The notes under the pieces were generated by a model. The model did not search any database. It was not told the origin of the DNA and saw only the letters and a program-made list of their open reading frames with translations. Of a DNA stretch of 64,000 bases, positions 1 through 9,404 are shown one piece after another. The DNA comes from Bacteroidota bacterium (lineage in GTDB: Bacteria > Bacteroidota > Bacteroidia > Bacteroidales > FEN-979): the NCBI GenBank assembly GCA_037133475.1, contig JBAXOB010000014.1, forward strand, positions 8,298 through 72,297. Reading direction: 5' to 3'. Position 1 is the stretch's first letter. Every line of letters starts with the position of its first letter. The position numbers were made by a program, and so were the translations under genes.

Positions 1-1836
1 AAATGAGATTTTCGCCACCACCTCCTCTTCACGATCCTTGTCAAAGCCTGCCCAGGTAAAGGCTCCCTGGTGCCGCGCTTTTTCCTGCAGCAAATCCTGC
101 CGTGCATCCGCCAGGTCTCCGAGCTGCTGCTTCACCGATTCCTGCAGGGTAAGGTTGGGCGTGAGGAATTTCACAAGGTCGTTGCATTTCTTCAACTTGT
201 CGGCATCAGTTTTTCTTCCGCCCCTTGCCAGTTCCAACCCGTTTGCAACGTCAGTGGGGTTGAGTTTACGGGGGTGATCTTCAGAACCACACAAAGGACA
301 AGGCTTTCCATCGTGAAGCCCGGCGGCATAATCCTCCAGCTTTTTCCTGATCTCCAATCCTGAAATTTGTTCATCCCAACCCATGATCCTGCTTTCACAG
401 GAAACTGACAGAAGCTCAGCCTCGTGGATAAAACCCTGAACATCTGCCAGCAATGGGTCACTGCCGAACAGCGCAGAGCGGAAAATTTCAGCAACTGCCT
501 GGTTGTTCAATGTGGCCAGCGTAGCCTTCAGATCGGTGGTTTTCCTCTGATTTTCGGCCACTGTCCTTTCCAGTCTGTGTGACTCGGCAAACCACCCCTG
601 GATATCAGCAAGCATCTTGTAATCAGGAAGTTTTTCCTTCAATGATTCCATTTCAAGAACATTCGCCGAATGAAGATCCTTAGCAGCCTGTATCCTTTTG
701 AGCGCCCCTTCCAATGATGAACGACAGTCCTTTTCCCTCTGAACCAATGCCTGCTGTATGGCCCTGTTTTCCTTGATGGACGACAGTTTCGCCCATTCTT
801 CCGATTCACGGAGCAACACCTCCCTGTTATCAAACTCCTTTTTCAGCTCCTCATAACTTTTCCTGACCGACAGCAAATTTTTATGCAAGTCAGCCAGTAC
901 TCGCTGTTCGACTGCCATTTCGGCCGCGGTATTTCTGAACTTAAGGTCTGACATTTCAAGCAGGTTCACATCAGTCCTGAAGACCCTTGAACAGAGTTCA
1001 AACTCAGCGAGCCGGGTCTCCAGGTCCTGCATAACATCCTTTGACTTCATCAGGTCAGCCTGGCGGTTACTCCTGGATAAGTGGTCGGCCGAGAGTTTTT
1101 TAAGTGCTTCCGCCTCCTGGACGAGCCTTTCATGTTGGCCGAGATCCGATGTTACCCTGGTTTTTTCTTCCAGCAACAAGACTCGTTTGTTCTCCAATCC
1201 GCTGATGGTTTCCTGGCTGATCTCCCCCACCCCCTGCATTTCACCGGTCAGCAACTGGATGGCGGTATCATTCCTTGCCTCCATCCTGCCGATTTTATCG
1301 GAAAGTTCATACCTGGAAAGGTTGAACAGCTCCTTCAGCATGGTGGTCCTGTCGGATGAATTTAACTGCAGGAACTCCTGGAATTTGCCTTGGGGAATGA
1401 TGATCGTACGGCGGAAATTCTGGTAGTTCAGCCCGGTGATGGTCTCTATGTCGTCGGTTGAAATGGGAAACCAGTCATTTTTCACGAACCGGAAGGCACG
1501 CCGGTCGAAGGTTCCGACCTCCTCAAACCTCTTTTTATTCCTGGCCCCGGTAACGACAAAGCGGTAGCGTGTGTCATCCTGTGACTTGAACTCGAAATCG
1601 ATCAGCAGCTTTGCCGATTTCAGGTTCATCATGTTGTAACTGCGTTTGTCGCGTGAATTCAGCCGCTCGGATTCGCCGTAAAGGGCAAAAGAGATGGCCT
1701 CCAGGATGGAGGATTTACCGCTACCGACACCGCCAAAAATGCCAAAAAGCCCCGACCGGGTGAGATTGCTGAAATCGATGGTTTGGCTGGCCCTGTAGGA
1801 ATAGAGCCCCTCGATGGTTAATTTTAATGGTATCAT
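1..1836 (-). CDS. sbcC: SbcC/Rad50 SMC-like exonuclease ATPase subunit (5' part; runs off the window start)
   Basis: Absent from the ORF track because it is incomplete. Manual translation from ATG 1836: MIPLKLTIEGLYSY...GIFGGVGSGKSSILEAISFALYG (Walker A), coiled coil, and zinc hook KPCPLCGSEDHP near 270-310. ATGA overlap with the sbcD stop. Confidence 0.95.
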   Translation of the reverse strand, partial: MIPLKLTIEGLYSYRASQTIDFSNLTRSGLFGIFGGVGSGKSSILEAISFALYGESERLNSRDKRSYNMMNLKSAKLLIDFEFKSQDDTRYRFVVTGARNKKRFEEVGTFDRRAFRFVKNDWFPISTDDIETITGLNYQNFRRTIIIPQGKFQEFLQLNSSDRTTMLKELFNLSRYELSDKIGRMEARNDTAIQLLTGEMQGVGEISQETISGLENKRVLLLEEKTRVTSDLGQHERLVQEAEALKKLSADHLSRSNRQADLMKSKDVMQDLETRLAEFELCSRVFRTDVNLLEMSDLKFRNTAAEMAVEQRVLADLHKNLLSVRKSYEELKKEFDNREVLLRESEEWAKLSSIKENRAIQQALVQREKDCRSSLEGALKRIQAAKDLHSANVLEMESLKEKLPDYKMLADIQGWFAESHRLERTVAENQRKTTDLKATLATLNNQAVAEIFRSALFGSDPLLADVQGFIHEAELLSVSCESRIMGWDEQISGLEIRKKLEDYAAGLHDGKPCPLCGSEDHPRKLNPTDVANGLELARGGRKTDADKLKKCNDLVKFLTPNLTLQESVKQQLGDLADARQDLLQEKARHQGAFTWAGFDKDREEEVVAKISF

Positions 1837-3062
1837 GACTGTCCCTCCTCTGCGATAACCTCCCTGAAAATTTCCATGATCTGGCCGCCCGGGTCCTGTC
1901 CCTTCTTATGGTTGAAGAAATCGATGAAGAGTTCTTCTATCCCTTTGGTAAGATCTATCACACGGCCACTTTCGTTGCTCTCGCCCGCTTTTGCACGCGA
2001 TTCGGGGATGATGGTGACAATGGCGGGATGGGCATCGAGCAGCCGTTTCCTGTCAACGGCAGCCAGGTATTGATCGGAAACGATGGTAAGTTCTACAAAT
2101 ACCTCCTGGTTTGCTGTGAGCCATTCCACCGCTTCGCCAATATCCCCGAACCGCATCCTGACGAGCCGGCGGCCCTTTTCCAGCAGGATTTTGCGGGTGG
2201 TGACCGGTTCGCCGGCACCGGCTTCAACCATGACCACGAATTTATCCTGGTCAGCCTCGCTGAAACTGTATGCCAGCGGACTTCCCGAATAGACGACCGG
2301 GCAGGGCTTCGTGGCGACCACCTGGTGGCGGTGAAGGTGTCCCAGGGCAACATAACCGATTCCGTCAGGCAGGCCGTCAGTAAAGATCGCCGGCGCTCCC
2401 CCGACGTAATTGATGCGGCGCTGCTCCTCCGGCTCCTCGGGCAGCGACCCGGCGTCTGGGGCAAAAAGGAGATGGGCAACGAGTAGATTGACGCCGCCGG
2501 TATCGCAGTATTTTTCGGCGAGGTGATGCCAGTGGAGGCCCAGCACCTTCCTGAGTTCATCGCCGGTGTCGGCCACGCCAAGACAGCTCTTCAGCCTGAG
2601 TTCGTTGGCATACGGGGTCAGCAGCAGCCGCAACGGGCAACCTGCGCCCTGAAGGTGCAATTCAATAAAACCCTCTTCACTCCTGGTCAGCGCCATTCCC
2701 GGTTCAAGGGAGAAGGGCTTCAGCAATGCATTGGGACTGCCGGCAAAGATGATGCCGCACTCCCGGGCCAGCGGGTCGGGCGCATCGATCCGCTCGGGCA
2801 TATCGTGGTTGCCCGCGATGGCGATCACCGCACGGCGACCGTTGCAGGCAAGCCTTTTAAGAGAGCGGTAAAACAATTCGACAGCTTCCGCGGGGGGATT
2901 AAAGGTGTCGAACAGGTCGCCCGAGATGACAATGGCATGAACATCTTCCCGCTCTGCTATTTCACAGATTTCGGCCAGTACGGCCTCCTGTTCCTCCAGC
3001 CGTGAAAAGCCTTCCAGCCGTTTTCCAAGATGCCAGTCGGAGGTGTGCAATATCCTGATCAT
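1833..3062 (-). CDS. sbcD: SbcD/Mre11 nuclease subunit
   Basis: Metallophosphoesterase motifs HTSDWHLG, GDLFD, GNHD, ALGHLH, YSGSP; translationally coupled to sbcC. Confidence 0.96.
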   Translation of the reverse strand: MIRILHTSDWHLGKRLEGFSRLEEQEAVLAEICEIAEREDVHAIVISGDLFDTFNPPAEAVELFYRSLKRLACNGRRAVIAIAGNHDMPERIDAPDPLARECGIIFAGSPNALLKPFSLEPGMALTRSEEGFIELHLQGAGCPLRLLLTPYANELRLKSCLGVADTGDELRKVLGLHWHHLAEKYCDTGGVNLLVAHLLFAPDAGSLPEEPEEQRRINYVGGAPAIFTDGLPDGIGYVALGHLHRHQVVATKPCPVVYSGSPLAYSFSEADQDKFVVMVEAGAGEPVTTRKILLEKGRRLVRMRFGDIGEAVEWLTANQEVFVELTIVSDQYLAAVDRKRLLDAHPAIVTIIPESRAKAGESNESGRVIDLTKGIEELFIDFFNHKKGQDPGGQIMEIFREVIAEEGQS

Positions 3063-3085
3063 AATCCGATATTAAATTGTTCAAC

Positions 3086-3694
3086 CTATATCCTGGGGAT
3101 AGGTCCCAACCCATTTTGCTGCCTGTAGGCAATCATCGGGGGAAGGTTATCAATATCATCGATTCTTGCAAGAATCCATGAATACAGGTTGATACCATGG
3201 GGAGGTAATACCTGAACCCTTTGAATAACCGGATTAATTCCATAGCCTTGAGGTGGATTAGTCATCCATTCGGCAATTGCACCCTTTTCCGGGGTTGTTA
3301 TATCACCATAAAGGATATAGAGTGCATTCGCGGGAGGGGTGGCAATAAAATCAACCCCAAAGTCCTTAGGTCCGTTTACGTAGTGGGGATGCGTTTTCCA
3401 AACTGGCGATGCTTGCCAGAGACCATGTATCGCCTGTGCCAAAGCAATATTCTGCTGACAATTGTTTTGACCCTGCCGGCACCGGATCCGTAGGTTGACT
3501 GCAAAGTGCCAGTCAGGTTGATAGGGTCCCTGATACAGGTTTTGCAATGGTATGGGCACCAGCCCGTAAGGATTTAACCCACCATGATTATTTCTACTAT
3601 AGAATCCGAAACTAAATACAACCAGACAATCACGCTGTGGATTAATCTGGTAAAAGTGACAATCCACATGATCCTTTACCCAAGGTGTACACAT
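3086..3694 (-). CDS. Hypothetical protein (orphan, AT-richer than neighbours)
   Basis: 202-aa ORF with AT-rich leader and TATATTTG -7 element at 3767-3774 (minus); no recognisable motif. Confidence 0.6.
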   Translation of the reverse strand: MCTPWVKDHVDCHFYQINPQRDCLVVFSFGFYSRNNHGGLNPYGLVPIPLQNLYQGPYQPDWHFAVNLRIRCRQGQNNCQQNIALAQAIHGLWQASPVWKTHPHYVNGPKDFGVDFIATPPANALYILYGDITTPEKGAIAEWMTNPPQGYGINPVIQRVQVLPPHGINLYSWILARIDDIDNLPPMIAYRQQNGLGPIPRI

Positions 3695-3833
3695 AAAAAA
3701 AGTTTTAGGTTAATAACTAAAAATTTCAGGTAATTGTTATGATTCTATAAACTTTATTTGAAAAAACAAATATAATCTAACAATTAATACCGAAGTGAAA
3801 TAAATTGATTTCTTTTAGGATAGTTAAAAATCT

Positions 3834-5174
3834 CTATATTTTTTCGAGTATTCGCACCATGCTGAGGGTATCAAGTTTACAGTATTCCAGCAGGTCCCGG
3901 CGGATGGAACGCAGGACTTCCGGGTCGGGTTCGGTAAAGAGGGCTTCATAGGCCATGCAGGCCGCACCCCCGTCGCTGATCCCAAGGCTGGCATAGGAAA
4001 GTTCAGGAACGATGGCAGGCAGCACCGCTTTGAGCGAATGGCTGCCATTCATCTCGGTCGTGTAGAGATATTTCCTGCGAAAGGGTACCATCAGGTCGGC
4101 AACCCTTGTGAAGAGCGGGAAAATGCCGGGTTGGAATTCAGGAAAATCCCTGCCCACCTCCCTGAGAATGGTTTTTTCAAAACTCTGGTTCCAGACCAGG
4201 ATGCTGCCCCTGTTGCCCAGCCGGCCGAGGAGCGAAACGATAAATGCCGGGCGCGGATCTGCAGGGGGAGTACTCAGGAATTCATAATGGCGAAGGGTTC
4301 CCCCGGGAGTGTCGACCACATGCAGGGAATACTGGAAGGCGAGCTTCTGGTAGGGCCGTGTATTCTCGTATAACGGTACCGCCGGCATAAAGGTCTCGAA
4401 ATCCATAAAGTACAAGGGGTATTCCAGTTTATCCCGGAAAGCGTCCAGTTCATCCTGGTTCCGGTTAGCGGGGAAAGGGTCGCCTGGCGATTCTGCCGCG
4501 ATATGGTCCTTCAGGCAGAATTCAATGAAATCACACGGATACGACCGGTAACATTGCGGCCCCATCGTTATGCCTGGTATCGTCCCGGCTGCCAGCATCT
4601 GCTGCAGGGAGGCAAGATTTTCGGCAACCGCCTTCTGCCTCCTCATGATGGTGCGCGTGACAGGCTCGATATGGAAAAGTGACGAAAGATCCAGCGCTCC
4701 CTGGCGAATATACCTGTTATTCAGGTGGATCATCGAAAAATCCTTAACGGCCAATCCTGAACTTTTCATGACAAAATACTGGAATGAAGCATCCTGGAGA
4801 TGGTACTCCTTGATACGCGTGGCTGCCTTCACCTCATAAGCCTGCCACTGATCACCCTCTTTAACCAGGATATCCAGGTAACACAGCGTTTCACCATCCC
4901 CAAAGGCAGCCTCGTAAATTACAGGGCAGCCATCCTGGATCAGTTCAGCCGTAAAGGCTATATTTTCAGTGTAATTTGCAGGTTCCCCCCGGCTGGCGTC
5001 GATACCACCCGGGAAAAGCTGCTGCGCCAATCGTCCCACATCGTGACCACTGTTGAACAGGTTCTGCCGGCCCTCATCGGGTTCATCCCGATCTTCGGGC
5101 TGGTTATAATGAAGGTATAACGATTTCTGGCATTTTACACCACGGATAAAACCTGATTTTGAAATGGACCTCAT
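3834..5174 (-). CDS. DUF2779-domain protein: Cas4/RecB-like PD-(D/E)XK nuclease fused to an RNase H-like DEDD domain
   Basis: SKS..CQKSLYL, DILVK..YEVK, CxxxxxCxxxxxC, then DFET..FQYSLH..WNQSFE..SLKAVLP..YCKLDT. Start moved to MRSISKS (5174) because a -7 element TACTTTTG lies at 5196-5203. Confidence 0.85.
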   Translation of the reverse strand: MRSISKSGFIRGVKCQKSLYLHYNQPEDRDEPDEGRQNLFNSGHDVGRLAQQLFPGGIDASRGEPANYTENIAFTAELIQDGCPVIYEAAFGDGETLCYLDILVKEGDQWQAYEVKAATRIKEYHLQDASFQYFVMKSSGLAVKDFSMIHLNNRYIRQGALDLSSLFHIEPVTRTIMRRQKAVAENLASLQQMLAAGTIPGITMGPQCYRSYPCDFIEFCLKDHIAAESPGDPFPANRNQDELDAFRDKLEYPLYFMDFETFMPAVPLYENTRPYQKLAFQYSLHVVDTPGGTLRHYEFLSTPPADPRPAFIVSLLGRLGNRGSILVWNQSFEKTILREVGRDFPEFQPGIFPLFTRVADLMVPFRRKYLYTTEMNGSHSLKAVLPAIVPELSYASLGISDGGAACMAYEALFTEPDPEVLRSIRRDLLEYCKLDTLSMVRILEKI

Positions 5175-5299
5175 GGACAGAATTGTATATTGAAACAAAA
5201 GTAAACATTACCTCTGCCAGAATGTGACATGGTGAATAACTATTTGAAGAATAAAAACCAGTGAAGACGGGATACCGGAACCCCTGCCCGAAAGCAGGA

Positions 5300-7219
5300 T
5301 CAATGTCGTTTAATGAATACGCGGGAGGTCGATTGTTTGTCAAAAAAGAGGAGTATCGAATAAACGCCATCGGGCAACTCCCTGATATTGATTTTATTCT
5401 CTTTTCCGTAGAGATGCCCGGTTTTAACCCTTTTCCCGTCGGAGCTGAAAATAGTGAACGCTATCCCGGCCTTAACCTCCTCAAAGGAGATGGTTATCGC
5501 ATTCCCTGCAGGGTTTGGGTATATCTGCAGGTTCCGGTGCCAGTCATGTTCGGCAACAGCGCCCACGGTGTTATTCCCCGAGATGAGCTGGAAATCGGGA
5601 TCAAAGATGACCGAATCGACGGCAAATGGGATGGTGGCGGTGAAGGTCTGTCCCGAAAAGCTGTTGAAACCCCTGATAAGGGTATCCCGCGTGGCATTTT
5701 TAAACTGAACCGGGATGGACATCGGGAAAAAGGTTACGGATGGATGCGACTGGGTTTGGCTTACGGTATAGGTTACCGCATTTCCCGTCTGTGCCCAGTC
5801 GATATGATAGGATGGGTAACCTTCGCCCGTGAACCAGTCGTTGAAATACCAGGTCAGGTCGTGACCATAGGCAGCTTCGAGATGCGACTTCAGGTCGGCT
5901 GTCCGCGCAAATCCATAAGCAAGCGTTGCATCCGCCAGGTAACTTCTAAGGGCGGAGTAAAAGAGTGCATCGCCCATGATCCACCTCAGCTGATGCAGGA
6001 TCAGCGCACCTTTTGCGTAAGAGAGACGACTGTCGAAGATACGGCCCACGCTGGTGGTATCGGTGCAAAACACCGACCCGCCCGGCTGCGAAACAACACT
6101 TTGAACCCTCACCTGCCTGAAACGTTTCCACCAGGTGGGCGACAGGTGTTCATAACAAAGACCTGACAGGTAGGTGGCAAATCCCTCGTTGAGCCATATG
6201 TCGCTCCAGCTTCCACAGGTAACCTTGTCGCCGAACCACTGGTGGCCAAGTTCATGGGCTATCAGCTCATACCCGAAGGATACAACGAAGGTCATGGTCT
6301 GGTGCTCCATGCCTCCCCCCCATCCGAATTCGGCATGACCATATTTTTCATTTTGAAAAGGATAAATTCCAAACAAAGTATCGTACAGCTGGATCATGGG
6401 AACTACGGCGGCAGTCTGGGCAAAGGCTGCGGCAGAATCCTCGGGATAGACATAGTTGATAACCTTCAGCGTGTCGGATCCGAAGGGAACCAGGTGGGTA
6501 TAGCGGGAATAGTTGGTCACGGCAAGACAAACAAGATAGGTTGCGATGGGATACCTGTGTTTCCAGTGATACACGACATCATTACCCACGGGTGTTGCCG
6601 AAACCAGGGTGCCGTTGGATGCCGATTTGTAGGCAGAAGAGGTTTTAATGTAGATATCGATGGAATCGGCTTTGTCGGTCAGGCTGTTTTTGCAGGGCCA
6701 CCAGTCGCTGGCGCCGTAAGGCTCTGAAAGCGTCCAGATGATGGGGGCGCCGCTGTGCGTGCTCTGGACAAACGAGCCGAATCCATTGTCGGGAGGCACA
6801 CCGTGGTAGAATACCGTGACCGAATCGTACACCTGCACGGGCAGGGCTGCAGGAAACTTTACCGACAGCAGGTCGGATGCATGATTCCAGGATATAACCT
6901 GGTTGTGGTAATACACCGAATCGACCCGCAATGCCTGGTTCAGATCAAGGATGAGGGAATCGAGCGGCTGGGCGACCGGTTTAAAAAGCATGGTGACATT
7001 CCCGGAGACCTGTTTTACGGCCGGGTCGATATTCCAAAAGCAACGATACCAGCGGACATTGTAATTCGTTGTGCTTTCGGCCCTTGTTCCCAGCATTTTC
7101 GATACATGGGCATCACGCTCCATGTTTGCAATCTTGTTCAGGTTGTTCCCTTCGAAGGGGACCTGGGCCCCAACGTATCCTGAGACAAGCAATATAACCG
7201 CAGCGATCAGATTTTTCAT
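5300..7219 (-). CDS. M1 family zinc aminopeptidase with T9SS C-terminal sorting domain
   Basis: Signal peptide, GGMEH, HELGH..WLNEG zinc motif, IYPNP T9SS tail. Confidence 0.93.
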   Translation of the reverse strand: MKNLIAAVILLVSGYVGAQVPFEGNNLNKIANMERDAHVSKMLGTRAESTTNYNVRWYRCFWNIDPAVKQVSGNVTMLFKPVAQPLDSLILDLNQALRVDSVYYHNQVISWNHASDLLSVKFPAALPVQVYDSVTVFYHGVPPDNGFGSFVQSTHSGAPIIWTLSEPYGASDWWPCKNSLTDKADSIDIYIKTSSAYKSASNGTLVSATPVGNDVVYHWKHRYPIATYLVCLAVTNYSRYTHLVPFGSDTLKVINYVYPEDSAAAFAQTAAVVPMIQLYDTLFGIYPFQNEKYGHAEFGWGGGMEHQTMTFVVSFGYELIAHELGHQWFGDKVTCGSWSDIWLNEGFATYLSGLCYEHLSPTWWKRFRQVRVQSVVSQPGGSVFCTDTTSVGRIFDSRLSYAKGALILHQLRWIMGDALFYSALRSYLADATLAYGFARTADLKSHLEAAYGHDLTWYFNDWFTGEGYPSYHIDWAQTGNAVTYTVSQTQSHPSVTFFPMSIPVQFKNATRDTLIRGFNSFSGQTFTATIPFAVDSVIFDPDFQLISGNNTVGAVAEHDWHRNLQIYPNPAGNAITISFEEVKAGIAFTIFSSDGKRVKTGHLYGKENKINIRELPDGVYSILLFFDKQSTSRVFIKRH

Positions 7220-7367
7220 TTCCGGTTTGATTTATTGGTCCACCGTTAGTGGATGATCTTTTCATTGACCTTTTGATAATCCCTGACAGCCGGCTCATTT
7301 TCCAACCCCACCTGTCGTATTGCCAAAATAAGACAGCAGGCAGGAAACCCATTCGAAATAGCCGTCC

Positions 7368-8393
7368 CTACCGCTTCTGCGACTCCTTTTCCAGCTTCGT
7401 AATCCGTTCAGCCAGTTCGGGCAGGTTCCTGAACAGGGCTATGGACCTCCTGAACTTTGACACCTCCAGGGCCGGCACTCCCAGGTATGCCTGCCCGGGT
7501 TTGGTAAGGCTTCGCGATACGCCGGTCGCACCGCCCAGCATGGTCCCGTCGGCGATGGTAATATGGTTGGTCATGGAGACATGGCCGCTGATCATGCAGT
7601 TCTTTCCGACCTTTACCGAGCCGGCAATGCCTGTCCCGGCAGCGATGACGGTATTTTCACCTACATCCACGTTATGGGCGATGTGGATATGGTTATCGAA
7701 CTTAACCCCTTTTCGGATAATGGTCGAGCCGAAGGTGGCACGGTCGATGGCGCAGTTGGCGCCCATCTCCACATCATCCTCGATGACCACGTTGCCGATC
7801 TGGGGTACCTTGACATTCAAGCCATCCTGCTGGTTGAACCGGAAACCGTCGCTGCCGATCACGGTACCGGCATGAATAATACAGTTTTTACCAATCACGT
7901 TATCGGAATAGATCTTCACGCCTGAAAACAGCATGGTGTTATCACCAATGGTGCAGTTATCGTCGATAAAGACATGCGGATAGATCTTTACATTTCTCCC
8001 GATCACCACCTTGTCGCCGATCACGGCAAAATCGCCGATATAGATGTTTTCCCCAAGGGTGGCCGTTGGAGAGACCGAACTGCGGGGAGAGATGCCCCGT
8101 TTGTCGTACTTGATTTTATTATAAACCTCGAGCAGCTTTGCAAAGGCGATGTCGGCGCTTTCAACCCTGATCAGGGTTGCCGCAACGGGATGTTCGGCTA
8201 CAAACGAGTTGTTCACAATGACGATCGACGCCAGTGTGCTGTAAATATATTGTGTATATAGCGGATTTGCCAGGAACGACAGGGAACCCGGCACCCCCTC
8301 TTCAATTTTGGACAATTTCGAGATGGTCGCCCCGGGGTTGCCCTCCACGGTCCCATTGATCATCCCGGCTATCTGTGCAGCGCTGAATTCCAT
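7368..8393 (-). CDS. lpxD: UDP-3-O-acylglucosamine N-acyltransferase
   Basis: LSFLANPLY N-domain, hexapeptide repeats, GSDGF, PQIGNV, IDRA, HIAHNV. Confidence 0.95.
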   Translation of the reverse strand: MEFSAAQIAGMINGTVEGNPGATISKLSKIEEGVPGSLSFLANPLYTQYIYSTLASIVIVNNSFVAEHPVAATLIRVESADIAFAKLLEVYNKIKYDKRGISPRSSVSPTATLGENIYIGDFAVIGDKVVIGRNVKIYPHVFIDDNCTIGDNTMLFSGVKIYSDNVIGKNCIIHAGTVIGSDGFRFNQQDGLNVKVPQIGNVVIEDDVEMGANCAIDRATFGSTIIRKGVKFDNHIHIAHNVDVGENTVIAAGTGIAGSVKVGKNCMISGHVSMTNHITIADGTMLGGATGVSRSLTKPGQAYLGVPALEVSKFRRSIALFRNLPELAERITKLEKESQKR

Positions 8394-8599
8394 AGTTCAG
8401 GTATTATTTGGTTTTCGGCTGCAAGATAATATTTTCAACCTTACCGGCAGAGATTTTACCCAAATCAGGACAGAATTATATTCGCGCGGATACAATAAAA
8501 TCACAGTCGAACCATCGGGATACAGCTTACCAGCCGAGATGGCCGATTGGGACCGGGTGCACGGGTCCGAAACAGAATTTCTTTAACATCATGACACAC

Positions 8600-8803
8600 C
8601 AAAAAATCAAGGCAGGATAATCTCCTGTTCCATGATCACATCCCTGTTGATCGCTTGTCAGCTCCCGTTTTATTCGTAACCGCACCTGATCACTGTCGGA
8701 CGACATGACACTGATGTTCCCTGTCGATTTTTTTCTGGGTGGTTTTAATGACCACCGAATTCGGAATATTTTCGATGATTTCGACCGTGATGGGCGCATT
8801 TAT
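8600..8803 (-). pseudogene. Probable cupin-domain gene remnant
   Basis: One frame gives APITVEIIENIPNSVVIKTTQKK; after a shift in an A7 run (8728-8734) the next frame gives KKSTGNISVMSSDS. Resembles, from memory, a small Bacteroidota cupin family. No start codon and downstream part decayed. Confidence 0.55.
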
Positions 8804-8905
8804 GGCTGGAAAAATCACCCAAAGGCCGGCAGGAAAAAAACAAACCCTGACCAGTCACTGTGACCCGCCGGCATAAGGGTGACGTTGAAAAAGCAGTTAA
8901 CATTT

Positions 8906-9091
8906 TTAAAGTGATGAGATAATCTTGTGCAATTCCTCCTTCGTTTTTCCAAGCTTTATCTGCAGCCGGCCCAACATTTCATCCTTCTTGCCCGATTCAA
9001 ACATCAGGTCATTATCGGTTAAAGCGGCAAATTTTTGTTTGAGTTTGCCTTTCTGTTCATTCCAGGTCCCTTTTACTTCGGTAGTATTCAT
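8906..9091 (-). CDS. CsbD family general stress protein (copy 1)
   Basis: [41 protein letters not shown] is the CsbD/YjbJ signature. Confidence 0.93.
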   Translation of the reverse strand: MNTTEVKGTWNEQKGKLKQKFAALTDNDLMFESGKKDEMLGRLQIKLGKTKEELHKIISSL

Positions 9092-9128
9092 TTTGTTAAT
9101 TTTTTTTCATGAAAGAATTTTCACGCAG

Positions 9129-9196
9129 CAAAGGTGATTCATTTAAGGCCGGCAATGGTTACACAATTCGGGATAAGAGTTACATCATTCACACAT
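9129..9196 (-). promoter_or_regulatory. Regulon promoter cassette 1 (csbD-1)
   Basis: ATGTGT GAATGATGTAAC-N9-GAATTGTGTAAC-N21-CACCTTTG. Confidence 0.9.
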
Positions 9197-9296
9197 TTGC
9201 CAGGTTTACATAAACCGGAAATGGTATCAAAACCGTTCATGTTGATATTGGTTGTTAATGAAGATGAAGATCGGAAACGGTTTCCGGAGAACTGTC

Positions 9297-9364
9297 ATGT
9301 GGGAATTATATAATTAATCTCCATAATTCTACAAGAAGGAATCAGTTTAATAGCGTTACCTTGA
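9297..9364 (+). promoter_or_regulatory. Regulon promoter cassette 2 (hybrid kinase 9405), divergent copy
   Basis: ATGTGG GAATTATATAAT-N9-TAATTCTACAAG-N21-TACCTTGA; same spacing, weaker match. Confidence 0.65.
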
Positions 9365-9404
9365 CAAAATAATAGAAACAACAAGTTCAGGTGATTTTCA
9401 AATT

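Noticed and set aside
5196-5260. Possible cassette upstream of the DUF2779 gene
   Set aside because: The -7 element is present, but the GTGACAT similarity is off by one base and box 1 is absent.
5261-6166. Long antisense ORFs (e.g. 5261-6166, 25773-26843, 34389-35354, 40546-41493, 55317-56195)
   Set aside because: They are shadows of well-supported genes on the opposite strand and have no motifs.
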